This document shows positions 51,652-64,000 of a stretch of DNA of 64,000 nucleotides, piece after piece (position 1 is the first letter of the stretch; the number at the start of each line of letters is the position of its first letter). Location: NCBI RefSeq assembly GCF_002105155.1, contig NW_019028991.1, positions 310,001-374,000 of the forward strand, in the 5' to 3' direction. Under the pieces are notes generated by a model that saw only the letters and a program-made list of their open reading frames with translations, made no database searches and was not told the DNA's origin. Origin of the DNA: Lobosporangium transversale. Lineage: Eukaryota. The position numbers and the translations under genes are program-made.

Positions 51652-54600
51652 CTAATATCCTCCAAATCCGCTCATTCCAGTCTGTTGAGGCATCATCATT
51701 CCCATGCCTATACCAGTCTGCTGAGGCATCAATCCTGTAGGACCTGCAGTAATCATCCTAGCGGTGCCTAGTCCGCCTGGCCCTAAAATAGGAGTGTTCT
51801 CTGCATTACTCCTTGCCTTGGCCTCCTTGGCCAATTCCTCTTCATGAGCCTTCTCCAACTTGTCAACTTTGTTGACATACTCTCGAGTAAACTGAACCAT
51901 ATAAGGCATAGCAAAATCAGTCAAGCCGTGTCTCCAAGCCAACTCCAAGACCACATCAGGACGCACAAGATCGTAACAAATATACAAGCAAGCTGCAAAG
52001 CATTCCTTGTTGCCACTTTCCACAAAGTACTGCAACAATTCTTCTGCAACAGCTGTATCATTCGATTCTGCAGCAGTCTCCATCGCATCTTTATAAAGTC
52101 GATCCTGCTTTGACAAAGTCATGGACTGGCGCCATCTCTTGTTACGCTTATACAAGTGAGCTGCAATCCTCCTGAACTCAAGCAGCTCATGACCCTCCAA
52201 TCGTTGTGCCAGTGCAATGTTATCAAAGTTGTTGTTCGTATCAACCGACTTGCGAAGTCGTTCATAATCCTCTTCCTCAATCAACAAATCGTGGTATGCA
52301 CTGTTGACCACCTGACTGTTGACAGTAGCCTGAACAGAGACCAAATACTCTCGAATCAATGGCAAGTTGTCAGACTTTTGGAACATCTGAATGACTCGGT
52401 TATGATCAATTCTAGGAATCATTACTGCCAACAGCTCATTCAACAACATAGGCTGCTCATCCAGATAGAAGCGCAATGCCTTGTAATAAATCTCCAGATT
52501 TGATACCTTCACTACCACCTCCTTGAACGCTCCGTGCTCCCATGCGTCCGCTGCATGCTTCATCATTGTAATTGCTGCATTGTCGTACTCGTCATAGTGA
52601 ACATACAAGAAGACCAGCTCGGTCCACAGATGAGCTTCCTCACAAGCTCTGATGACCTTGGGAATGTTGATACGAGACCAAAAGATCTTGAGGTGCTCCA
52701 TCATTCGCTCAGGCTTATAGCGCGCATAAAGGATTGCCAATTCTGTAAACATACCCATGTGAGCACGCTCCAATCCCAGACCAGCCTCCAACAATGCCAT
52801 TAACGCATCAAAGTAGCCCTGATGCTCGTACAAGCGAATCAAGTCCTCCAGTTCTTCTGGGTGAACAACTAACGACAGACCGCAGACCTGGGCTAACCGA
52901 AACTCCTTGCGCTCAATACATGCTGCATGAACATCCTTCCAAACCTTAGTGCTGTTGGCCTTGCGAGCCCCATCAACAGCGGCTTGGTATTCTCCCAAGT
53001 GCACCAAAGTGGTCGAGAGACGAGCCCAGTTCGAAATGCTAGAGTACAAGATCTTGGCGGGACCATACATCTTTTCTTCGTAGCACCGATCTCCAATCTC
53101 CTGAACCTGAGCAACATGGGGTCCGTTCAGCAACTCCTCCATATCCGCAATGCGACCAGTCTTTGCAAATGCAAACAAAAGCTCACTCTCAATCAGAGGC
53201 TCTCGAGATAGTTTCCTTGCCATCTGGAGATATCGAACCAGATCCTCATACTTGTCTGCCCTTGAAGCCAACGTAATGACCTCCGCATGGTTGGTTGGGT
53301 CATTAGCACGGATGTAAGAGTCGATCGCTTCCTTGATACGCATACCATCTAGCTGTGCCTTTCCAAGTCGGCTCCATACCTCAGGGACATCAGTCTTTTC
53401 TGCATATTCGTATGCTCGATCAATGCTTCCGATATGCTCAATCAATACATTGATCGCACTGGCATGGACATTATGCTTTTTGTAGATCACGAATGCTTCC
53501 TCATACAATCCACCTCGGATCGCATGCTCTGCAATATCGGGTGCATCAAAATTGTCAAGTCGGTTGATAAAGTCCATGACCTTGCCCTTTTCGGCCTGGA
53601 TTGCTGTCAGAATCAATAGGTTTTGAAGGTTGCGGTTATCACTGAATGCAGAGCTTTCGAGAATAATCTTCTCCAGCAACTCAATCAGCTCGTTAGGAAG
53701 GTATGCAGCCATAAACGCCTTGACAGTAATCGAGACATCTTCAGGATCCTGAGTCTCTGGAAGTGCAGTGGCGACAATTTGATCAATCAAGGCACGACGA
53801 CTAGGGTTGTCATTGCTAAGAACATGAGCCCAAAGATTTTGGTCGCGACGCTTGACAAGGTAGCGAGCCTGATGCTTAAACATCGAGTTGTTGTTGGTGA
53901 TCTCAATCAATTCAATATCACATTGACCTCTCTCATATGCAATGAACGCAAGGTAAGGATCACGCTTCTCACAGTATTTTCCAATCGTTCGCGAATCGTA
54001 GTACTAATATTTTTGTTGAAAAAAGAAAGAAAAAAGATCAGTATGAGAGGCAACATTGTATAATTTGTGGAACAATGACATTATAAACAATGCATCTTCT
54101 TACAGCATTATTCCTGAGGAAAGGTTCTGGATTGTTATTGCTGTCAATATAAATCTTGGCAATAGCATTATAAACCTCTGGATCCTGGCTACCCTCGTTG
54201 ACCTTGGCCTCAAGCCAGGGCAAGAGCAACTTCAGACGATTACGCTTTTCAGTCTGATCCACTAACTCGGCAACAGGCATATTGCCACGAACGGACATCA
54301 GCAAGCTCTTGATCACATTCTCGTCACACCCAACATCCAGCAATGCACCAATGACGGCTGGAGTCCTGGAGGGATTAACCTTCTGAACGTATGTTTCAAT
54401 GTACTTTGAGAGATTATTGTGATACAAATACAACACTAAATCATGGACAAAGTCGAAGCGATCGCAGACAATGATCAAAGGCAGCTGGTCTGACAACTGA
54501 GCGTCCTTGAGGAAGTTCTTCACTCTTTCGGGATTGAAGTAGTTGTTCTCACGACAAATGCGTTCGACCTCCTTGATTTGACCAGTTCTACTGGCAGCCT

Positions 54601-57585
54601 CAATGTACTTGTAAACCACCTCAGGATCTTGACTCAAGTTAACAATGGAACCAAGGTAATGATAGAGACCTTCAAATGTCTTGTACGACTCGAATAATTC
54701 AATGAGCTTGTTAGTACCAAGTTGATCGGAATACTTGGTGGCAACCTGAACCACAAGCTGAAGGTTCTGTCTCATGTTGACATTCAACATCTCACGCAAG
54801 CATTCCATTGAGTGTTCAACTGACAAACGGCCAAAATACGACACTACCCAATCGGGAGTCAAGAGATGCGTATGGACTAGAACACGCTTAATGTCCGAGA
54901 TCTCGGTGTAGTGCTCCAATGCTCTCTGATAAAGACCAGCCTTCTCGCACATGGAAGCAACGGATGCTCGGTCATAGTGTGTGAACATCTCGTTGCCCAA
55001 GATGGCATCAGCAACTTGTGGGGCTTGCATCAGGTTCATCTCTAGCAAGCGCGTTTGGAGGTGAGCGTGCTGGGGCAAGTTGTCCTTGAGCGCCTCCAAG
55101 AGGAAGGCAGTGGCCTGCTGGACCATGCTTTGCGACATGAATACATCGACAATCTTCTCCAAGTCAACAAGAGGCCCATCCTTGTTCGTGGCCAAGAGCG
55201 TTGCAAACTGCGTGCCATTCTCGGGATCCATACGCATGATATGCTGAAGTAGAACAGGGTAATCAGGGGTATAGCCGACTTTTTCGGCATAAAGAATGAT
55301 CTTGGGGTATTGCTTTGTCTCTGCAAAACAGGCGATGACCTTGTTAGGCACATTGGCACGCAAATACACTGAGAGAGCAAGCGTTGTGTCATGTTGTTTG
55401 ACAATATCTCCAAGTTCCTCACTACATTCCAGCTTATCCTCTTTCAGCCACTTCTCCAACAGCTGCTTACGACCCTGAGCGAGCACAGGCTTTGCTAGTT
55501 CTAAAGATTCGTATTTGTTGAGCTCACCCTTCTCCAAAAGGATACCAAAGTATTGAAGAATTGGAGGCACTCCACCAGGGACAGACAAGTGCTTAAACCT
55601 CTCAATAGTCTCAGATGTACGCAAAATACCCTATGTTTCAGGAATAATAGGAAGAAAGTAATGAGAAATTGAAATTGTAGGATGCCAAAAAAAACTTTTT
55701 TTTTTCTTTTTTTCCTATCGCCACCTACCCTTGGTGAATTTGCAGCCATTTTAGCAGCTGAGGCATAGTCACCAGACTGGAAGAGCTGTTGGAAACGTTG
55801 CCTATAAAGATCGTCTGCGCCAGGCAAACCACTGCGGGAGGCAATTTTGAGAGCCAGCTCAGCGTTACCTAGCGTTTGGACAATATAAGGAACCAGGTTG
55901 TCCTCATCGACGCTTACAGAGAGTACTTGACCTTTGCGGTTGACACCAATAACTCCGCTGGTACTCTCATGCTCCGCTGTCACAAAGATAGTCTCTCCAC
56001 TGATACGGTTCATATAAATACATGTGCCCGTTTCAAGATCATAGAGGTGAATGAACCCGAATTTGGTGACAAGGAAGATAATGCCATATTTTTGGCTGAT
56101 CTGCATTGCAACTGGGAAATCAGCACTTGCTTCTGGGGGAAAGTAGACATCAACAGCTTTTTTAGCAAACGCTGGATTGCCTTCCTTGTGATCGACCTCT
56201 ACGATATGAAGCTAAAAGATATATTTAATTATAAGGCAAAAAAAAAAAAAAGTTGTTATTTTGATGTTTCCATTAATTTTGGTCCAACATCATTTTGAAA
56301 AAGAAGTAAAATCAGTACCTTGGCGCCAGTAGCAGAGCGGACAGCAAAAGAGAACAACTTGGTCGGTGAGTTGCTACCGTCCAACTTGAGTTCGGCGAAA
56401 GCAGCAACGTGACCCTCAATGGTCTGACTAACTCCACGTTCTTTCGAATAAAGCTGCATAGCACCTACAACACGACCAGCCTAGAAGAAATAAAAATAAA
56501 TATAAAAAAACACAGCTAGGTTAACGTAATTGGTTTTGATGTTTCCTTCCTACTCAATATTTTTCATTTCAGCTTGATCGATTCTTCTAAATTCTCACAA
56601 AAAGAGTGTGTGAAATACCAAACTCCATAATCATTTTGAAGATTAGAAAAACTCACCTGGGACGAAATGCCAACAAGAACCATCCACTTCCCATCCGAGT
56701 TAACTCGGTAATTGAGGATCTGATTTCCATTCAAATTAGGCTGACGATCGAAGACCTTGATGGGTGGTTGTGACTCATCCTCCATGGACCAGTGATAGAC
56801 TGAATGAACAGTGACAAGAGCCAGCGCTTTTGGAGAAATCCACTTCCAGAACTGGACCTCTTCATCCATTAAGTGCGACTTTACTTTGCTCCCCATTTCA
56901 AGGTTGAAAATCTGGAGTTGTTTTTGGGCTACAATACAAAATAATTTTGATTTTTTTGTTTGTTTGTTAGATTGAGGGCGGCTGAACCGATTCTGCAACG
57001 TGGCAATGGAATTATATAGCGATGATAAATGTTGATTTTTTTTTTAAAAAAAAAAAAAGGCATTGTGGGGTAGGCACCACTTTTCTTGGATTGCTTTTAT
57101 TTTAGACATCGATAATGTACCTTTGAGCGCGATGACCTTGCTAACTGGATTCATGATAGCTGAATCAGCAGTGATAGGACGACGGAGCACATTGTTAGGG
57201 TCGTTCAAGTCAATGATAAGGACCATGTTCCGCTCGCCTGTCGTATCGCGTACGCAGATGAACCTGTCAGATTCTAGTGTGAGTGTGTTAAAAGCAATGC
57301 TGGCTGCATTGACGCCCAAATTTTGAAGCTACGACGCCATGTTGGAAGAAAGGAAAAGAAAAAAAAGGACAGAATAGGAAATTAGGAAATTAGGAAATTA
57401 GGAATTTATAGATGCGAATTGTGTCAATAGACATTCCTTCATCCAATCAAGAGAGCCACCTCATTGACTTTTATTCATGATTGCGTGCGATGAAGCAACA
57501 AAGAAATATATGGTTTGATGGTAAAAAAAAAAGTGATTTTTACCTGGACATGCTCTTGAAAGCGGATGGGCAGTGCTTCTGCCAT
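51652..57585 (-). CDS. CHC1: Clathrin heavy chain, about 1681 aa; exons 57585-57544, 57328-57121, 56928-56657, 56480-56319, 56211-55729, 55630-54104, 54003-51652
   Basis: [21 protein letters not shown]...[38 protein letters not shown] repeats, [15 protein letters not shown]. All junctions are GT-AG and in frame. Confidence 0.98.
57375..57407 (+). repeat. Short tandem repeat (TAGGAAAT)~4 in CHC1 intron 1
   Basis: Directly visible. Confidence 0.8.
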
Positions 57586-58066
57586 GGTGGTAAGAATGTG
57601 TGTGTGTGTTTGTTATTAGCACTGATTAGCCTGCTTTTTGACCTTTTTATCTATCTATTCTTCTACAAGGCTGAAGTGACCAAGCGAGTCGTTGCTCGTT
57701 ATGTATAGGAGTGGGCGTACGAAGATGAGGCGAGAGATGACGGGGAAACAAGAAAAAGCACTGCTGGTAGAAAAAGGGAGATGATGGGAAGGATGGAAGA
57801 ATAGTTGAATGGAGTATTTAAATACACACGCCCCGATGTAAGTTCTTACGCGACTGCTCCTGTTCCAATTGTTCCTTTGGAGAATTTCAGTTTTCGAAGA
57901 TGGGCATGCACGTGACAAATTGCGCATAGCCAAGCCACAGCACAGATAACATTTCAAAGGCAAAGCACTGTTTGTTCCCTGCACTTAAACTTTGCTGATC
58001 AAAATCATCTAGAGGCGAAGAATCGGAACATTTCATTTCTTCGTATCAACATTCCCCCATTTAAGC

Positions 58067-58528
58067 ATGCCTCGCCACTACGATCTCTGCGCCCGTGTGC
58101 AAAATGGATTTCGTGCTCGCCTTCGTAAAATCGCTGTTCCGGATACAAAAATGAACTTGGCGATCGCCAATGTGCTTTACAAGGAAGGTTTCATTGCTGG
58201 TGTTGCCCGTGGTGACCATACTCAACCCGATACTACCTATGTCCCTACGACCCCTGATAACATCGCCACGCGTCGTTTGTGGCTCGAACTCAAGTATGTC
58301 AATGATGAACCTGTTCTCAAGAAGATGACCGCTGTCAGCAAACCATCCAAGAAGGTTGTTATGAAGGTTCAGGAACTTCAGAATTTGGCTGCCGGAAACC
58401 GCTCACAATTCATCAAGGGCCTTCAACCAGGAGAAATCGCTATCCTCACCACGAACTACGGCGTCTTGGAGCTTAGGGATGCTTTGGAAAAGGGCGCAGG
58501 AGGTGAAGTCTTGTGCAGAGCTATTTAA
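58067..58528 (+). CDS. MRPS8: Mitochondrial ribosomal protein uS8m, intronless, divergent from CHC1
   Basis: DLCARVQNG, IANVLYKEGFI, fungal-type insertion TPDNIATRRLWLELKY, VSKPSKKV, LTTNYGVLE...GGEVLCRA. Confidence 0.93.
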   Translation: MPRHYDLCARVQNGFRARLRKIAVPDTKMNLAIANVLYKEGFIAGVARGDHTQPDTTYVPTTPDNIATRRLWLELKYVNDEPVLKKMTAVSKPSKKVVMKVQELQNLAAGNRSQFIKGLQPGEIAILTTNYGVLELRDALEKGAGGEVLCRAI

Positions 58529-58985
58529 GCCAGTCAAAATAAAAAAAAACTGAGCAGAAGGAGCGGAGCGAATATAAAAAATAAAAAATAATAAAAAAAG
58601 GAAAAGGGGGTGGGGAGGAGACATGGGGGTTGTGAGGAAAGCTGAGCCGTTAGACATGTATATTATACACAATAAATTAACTCATTGCATTACATCTTTA
58701 TATCTTTCTGTTTCATTGTATTGACAACTCGATAACTTGATCTGATATGCATGTTGTCTGTGCGGTGTTTAATAAGTGGTAGTGACTGTTTGAGCGAACA
58801 AGCAAATTCACAAAGAACAAAGCTGGTTCCTGTTTGGACGTTTTTTCTTCCTTGCTCGCTCTTTCGCTCTGACTTCATTCTTTCCTCCATCTACTTTTTT
58901 TTTTTTTTTTTTTTTCCTTCCCTCATTCACCATTCCTTCTCTCAAACCCAAGACATTCTTCGCTGTCGTCGCCGTTATCCTGGTC

Positions 58986-61202
58986 ATGACACGCGCAAGG
59001 CAACTTCAAAAGACTAGGTCGGCTGCAGCTCTCGCTGCCAAAGCAACAACGACATTACGACAGCGGCGTCCGAAGACAAAGGATTCTCTTGCCAAGGAAA
59101 AACGTATCCGACAATTGGATGAGGCTATCGTCACAGGAGATATTGAGAAACTACGAAAACTATCCGTCACCGGCGCTGGATTTGTGAACCATGCTATCCG
59201 AAGACGAGCATGGTTCGTTACAAAAAAAAAATGTCTTCAACCCTTTTTTTATTTTTTTTCTCTTGTTCTATTTTTTCAACTGCTCAAAAAGATTGCTCTT
59301 TTTTAAATATGTGTCTGCGTATGAAAATAGGCCTTTGTTGTTACGCACTCATGTTCCCAGGAAACACCTTGGTCTAGGTATCATAAAGCTTTCTCATGAT
59401 TTTCATTGTTGGTACTAGATATTCATTAACCTAGATGCTGACGCTTTCCTTCCTTTGTTTTTATTACTACTATTATATTACTTCAACCCCTTCCATTTAA
59501 CTTCTTACACGCCATTAGACTCTGCAACTGAACACAAGGATGAGGAACAGGTTCGATTAGACATCGTTCGATCATTCACGCATCTGCCTATGGAAACGAG
59601 TGAGTTTTTTGAGGAAGGATAGAGGATGATAGGAGACAAAGACAAAGACAAAAAAAAAAAAAAAAAAAAAAAAAATCGAAAAAGGAAAAGCAAAAAGAAA
59701 TGAATTGTGGAAATAACTGGGAGACGGGGAGAATAGATATTAGAACAATGATGTTGTCAAGGAAACTATTAAAACAAAAGACCGGGATTAACATAAAATA
59801 ACCTTCCCCCCTCTTCTCCTTCTCTCTTCCTCATCTCCTTGAAAAACTGTTCGCCATTAGAAAGTCAACAGGCAGCCAAGAAGCAAAAGCAGGAAGAGCT
59901 CTTTCATGTGATTGTAGATGTACTGCATCGACACCCAAAATTGTCTTACTACCAAGTAAGCTCATAACTCAAAGTCCATGCACTAAAAAAAAAAAAAAAA
60001 AAAAAAAAAATACTCTTCATCTGAATGGTATCCATGCTTCCTCTTTGGCTGATCACGCTTTCTTGCTTTCTTCGTTCATTGCGGACAACTAGGGCTTTCA
60101 TGATGTTTGCACGTGTTTAATGATAGTTTTGGGCAAAGAGGCTGCTACAATGGCAGCAGAAAGTATGGCCATGTTCTTTTTCAGGGACTGTATGCTCAAT
60201 AACTTGGAGCCGGTACTCGATCAACTGTCATTGATGACAACCTTACTCAAAACAGAAGCCCCTGAGGTGCAAGAGTTTCTTGACAGGTAAAGTCTCGAAC
60301 ATCTACATGTAGTGTTCTTTTACATAAAGGATGGTTAACGCCATTTCCTCGCATCTCTGTTTTCTTTTTTTTTTTTTTTTGTTATTATTTCGCCACTTTA
60401 GGTCAGAAACGCTTCCATTCTTCCCGTTGAGCTGGGTCATCACATGGTGTTCTCACGATCTTCAGGATTTTGAAAAGATCGCACGGATATATGATTTTTT
60501 ATTGTGTTTCAATCCACTCATGTCTATTTATCTTGCTGCTGCTGTAAGTATATCTGAATTTTTTAGACATCGGGTCCACTCTTTTTTTTTTGTTTTAGCT
60601 AATAAAGGGTGGTGAGGACTTTTTTTTTTTTTTCCCTTGAATTAGGTGGTGATATCACGAAGAGAGGAATTATTTGAGGTCGAATGTGATAATGCTATGG
60701 TCCACACGTTTTTGACAAAGTTCCCAAAAAACGTGGATATAGAACTGATAATATCGCATGCCCACCAGATGTACATGACCTATCCTCCCGAGAAGCTTCA
60801 AAATTTGGCTCAAAATTGGCTAGATGAAAAGTAAGTTTGATTACTTCTATTCCGAAATTATCTTCTTAGGAAACGCGTCTTAACTTTATATACTATACAA
60901 TTTAGCTCTTGCGTAAATACATTCAATAAGCCAAAGACAAGTCTTTACGACAATGTCGATGAAAAGGCTTTTTCAACTCCAGTTGATTTCGAGCCCATCG
61001 ATGAATTGTTGGGCAGCCCTCGAGTCAAAAGAACCAACGGAACCTCTGCGCTTTCCAACTACCCCAAGAATGCATTGGATTTATACCGCAAAAATATGCT
61101 CACTATGGTTGCTGTATCAGCTGCTTCTATTGGCACAGCTGCATTACTCCTCTTGAACTCTCCCGTGTTCAGAGAATGGCTAAATAATGCCACTTTCCAT
61201 TG

Positions 61203-61203
<1 letters not shown>
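58986..61203 (+). CDS. GYP8: TBC1D20/Gyp8-like Rab GAP with a C-terminal TM; exons 58986-59212, 59331-59377, 59519-59599, 59861-59955, 60093-60286, 60402-60543, 60646-60830, 60906-61203
   Basis: GFVNHAIRRRAW|PLLL, HKDEEQVRLDIVRSF (R finger), YYQ|GFHDV (Q finger), FPLSWVITWCSHD, RIYDFLL, hydrophobic tail. Confidence 0.9.
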
Positions 61204-61236
<33 letters not shown>

Positions 61237-61438
61237 AGACGACATGACACGATACGACAAAGTTATTTAGGCCCTAGTCCCAACCAATAATGTATACACA
61301 CGATCAATGATGAACTACTATGATAAGCAAACAAAAAAAAAAAAAAAAAAAAAAAAAAACTCAATACCATCACTACATTTTGATTGATGTTTTTAATAAG
61401 AAAAAGATGCAATATCATAGAGCAAAAATAGTATATCT

Positions 61439-61990
61439 TTAAACAACAGCAGCAAAATCGCCTTCTACGCCTTCCTGCATCACTGCAGCATGTCCCAAGA
61501 TGGTTACTGCACTGGCACCTAGAGTGATTAATATTATGAAAAAATATATATGTACGGACCAAAAATAAATATCTTACTGTGTTCCCAGTTCGTTAAAGTC
61601 GTAAATATTAACAAATCAGGACAAAAGGGAAAAAAAACTTACCAATGATCCAAAAGACAGTGCCAATGGTTGAGCTGATGAAGAAAAGAACTACAGAGAT
61701 ACCAATCAAGGCTGTTTTGAGTTGGCCTGGAAGGAATCTGGCCTGTCCAATGGTGATACCTTCTGGTGGGACCCTTTGAAGTCCAAACCAACCTCCAACT
61801 GCGAACACAACGCTGAACAATAACAAGAGATTTGTCAACCTAAAAGAAGAAACATTAATAAAAAAAATAAAAAAATAAAAAAAAAAAAGGGTTCAGTATT
61901 GTTCAATCACCAGAGGGTCCAATAACATTCACATGCATGTTTTCGTGCTTTTTCCACGAGTACAATAACATCAACCCCAGAAGATATTTG

Positions 61991-62021
<31 letters not shown>

Positions 62022-62436
62022 AGAGAGAGAGACTTACAAACTGTAAGCTGTAATGGCAATGAACATCAAAAGATAGTTTCCTTGAAAGTAGTTGAGATTG
62101 TAGTTGAATCTTGAAGTAATGCCTATTTTGTTTAAAAAAGAATAGGTTAACTAACCAATCATTTGCATATACAGACAAGATGCAGCTATCCAGCTTCAGA
62201 AGGAATGATATCACAAAAAGAAATTTACTTGAAAAGCCATTGGGCCAAGAGAACCTATTCTTGTCAAAGAATTCTGAAAAGGGTCGCAAGGATGAGAGAC
62301 GCTCCTCTTTCAGTTTCTGAAGATAACCAAGACCGAAGGAAGAGGCGGATGAGACAGCAGCGGAGGCCTGTTCTGAGGAAGGGAATCCGCCTGTGAAAGG
62401 GTTTGTTGGAAGAGTAGTGTAAGCAGGTGCTGCCAT
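61439..62436 (-). CDS. YIP3: PRA1/Yip3 prenylated Rab acceptor; exons 62436-62229, 62122-62038, 61839-61643, 61518-61439
   Basis: LRPFSEFFDKNRFSWP, RFNYNLNYFQGNY, TNLLLL, VFWII|GASAVTILGHAAVM...EGDF. Confidence 0.92.
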
Positions 62437-63200
62437 GGTTGTGATACAATTAAATATTATATTGATTATGTGTCAACTATTGAATGAATGAACAAATGGA
62501 TGAACAAATGAATGAAAGAAAATGAATGGAGATGTGTAGTTTAGTTTTTTAGGGCTAGAGGTGTTGATGGAGAACAAAGTAAAAAGAAAGAAAGAAAAAA
62601 GAAGACACACAAATGTCACGCCCTTTTTTTTTTTTTATTGTGCAATGTATTGAAGTGGATATTAGATCTCAGTCAGGCACGAAATATGCCACGTCGTACG
62701 TCTGCGCCTACGCCTGTGCTCTCTCAACTCTTGGCTTCTTAGCCTTGGCAATGATCTACGCACATACACATCAACAGTTTTATCTTTTTTAAAAAAACAT
62801 CCTATTCATCAATTATCCATATTTATATATATATACTTTGGTGTATTTGCACAGCTTACACATGAGTATCATACACATGTATCATATATTTAATAATAAT
62901 AATGAAAAAAAGTCATGTCTCCTTGCTTATAAATGTACACATAACACTTCTCCTTGCTTCCAATTGATCCTATATCTCATCATACGCTCTTCAGTTCACC
63001 ACTGTGTTTTGCCTCAGCATTATCAATGTTCAAATTTTGCTGAAAAGTGTGCTTCACCACAAATATCAAGCACTGTTTAATTGTTGAAGTGGGAGGCTTG
63101 ATCCAATCGTCTTTACAAAGATTACACGTGATCTTCAAAATTTATGAAGAATAATTCGCTGTGGACCAAGCTCCTTCTTTCGCTGTTATTAAGATTCAGA

Positions 63201-64000
63201 ATGGTACAGACCTCTCAATAGTGATGGATAATGGATACAGAGGATATTTTGATCATCCATGCATCCATCAAAATGAAACAACTATCTGTTACCATCAGAT
63301 ATCACAGGAAGCTCTTATACTTTCCTCATGACAGGATTCAAATCATTCAATCTATGACATCTCAATCATCGGCAAACCTTTCTAATGGATTTAATTCGTT
63401 AAAAGGAAAAAAAAAAAAAAAAAAAAAAAAAGAGGATGTCGACAGGATTCACTATTTTATTTATTTTTGCAAACTTGTAATTCAGACAAAACATCGTTAA
63501 GGATTTCTCACAAAAAAAAAAAAAAAAAAAGGCTGTTACAGATGGACATAATGAAAATAAACCAGTAGCCACAATACTGCAACACTCTGGCACCTATTTT
63601 TTCAACTGGACAGAGGGAAAAATACGGATCTTTAGTAATAAAGAAGAAGAAAAAAAGAAAAAGCAAATTGATAATAGGGACAGGACTGGAACAGGACAGG
63701 AGAGAATCTCATTATTTTGAAGCGACAAAAGAACGAGGCAAAAAAAAAAAAAAAAAAAAAAGGATAGCCTTAATAACATATTCGTCCATATTTTGGATTC
63801 TATCCTTTTTCCTTTTCTTCTTTAGTCCGCCGAAGATCAGACCAACCAACAGAAGAACGTGATGCGCGAGTTGCGCCTCGAGAAGTTGGTTCTCAACATC
63901 TGTGTGGGTGAATCCGGAGACAGACTTACCCGTGCTGCCAAGGTGTTGGAACAGTTGACTGGTCAAACCCCTGTTTATTCCAAGGCCCGTTACACTGTCC
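63201..64000 (+). CDS. RPL11: 60S ribosomal protein uL5 (L11), 5' part; inferred ATG exon 63201-63203, exon 2 from 63826 running off the window
   Basis: [48 protein letters not shown] after TTTAG at 63825. ATG|GTACAG at 63201 is preceded by a pyrimidine-rich leader. Confidence 0.93.

Noticed and set aside
51844..57326. Plus-strand ORFs antisense to CHC1
   Set aside because: Same shadow effect from codon bias.
57375..57407. TTAGGAAA repeats as interstitial telomere
   Set aside because: Only about 4 units and not TTAGGG. An ordinary intronic microsatellite.
51652..62436. CHC1-GYP8-YIP3 as a membrane-trafficking gene cluster
   Set aside because: Trafficking genes are numerous, MRPS8 intervenes, and there is no synteny or co-regulation evidence in the window.
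1..64000. tRNA, rRNA, CRISPR arrays, intact transposons, biosynthetic clusters
   Set aside because: None recognised by eye. Small ncRNAs could be missed without covariance-model searches.

Overview
Gene-dense, intron-rich fungal genomic DNA with very many long poly(A)/poly(T) runs in introns and UTRs. An early-diverging lineage (probably Mucoromycota/Mortierellaceae) is inferred from gene content and style and is not proven. I reconstructed about 20 mostly spliced protein-coding genes by hand: a partial EEGEI-motif protein, a secreted expansin-like DPBB protein, FKS1, RPS27, a Tom20-SET/MYND fusion, an Ulp2/SENP6-like SUMO protease, a SETD9-like methyltransferase, PHB2, an Asi1/3-like RING ligase, a borealin/Nbl1-domain protein, lunapark, TAF4, a 2-hydroxyacid dehydrogenase, RAD52, a Boi-like SH3-SAM-PH-CH protein, clathrin heavy chain, mitochondrial S8, a TBC1D20/Gyp8 RabGAP, PRA1/Yip3 and the start of RPL11, plus one probable decayed gene. 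I saw no rRNA, tRNA, CRISPR array or full-length transposon. The best candidate for an undescribed system is the Tom20 import receptor fused in frame to a SMYD-type SET domain with altered active-site motifs: retaining one intron would give a canonical-size Tom20 instead, and a second SET gene (SETD9-like) lies about 4.5 kb away. Other notable items are a TSD-flanked, poly(A)-tailed retro-insertion in a TAF4 intron, an RST/TAFH-like hub domain in fungal TAF4, natural variants in the FKS1 echinocandin hot spot, and two GC-AG introns. All family assignments come from motif recognition; no database searches were run.
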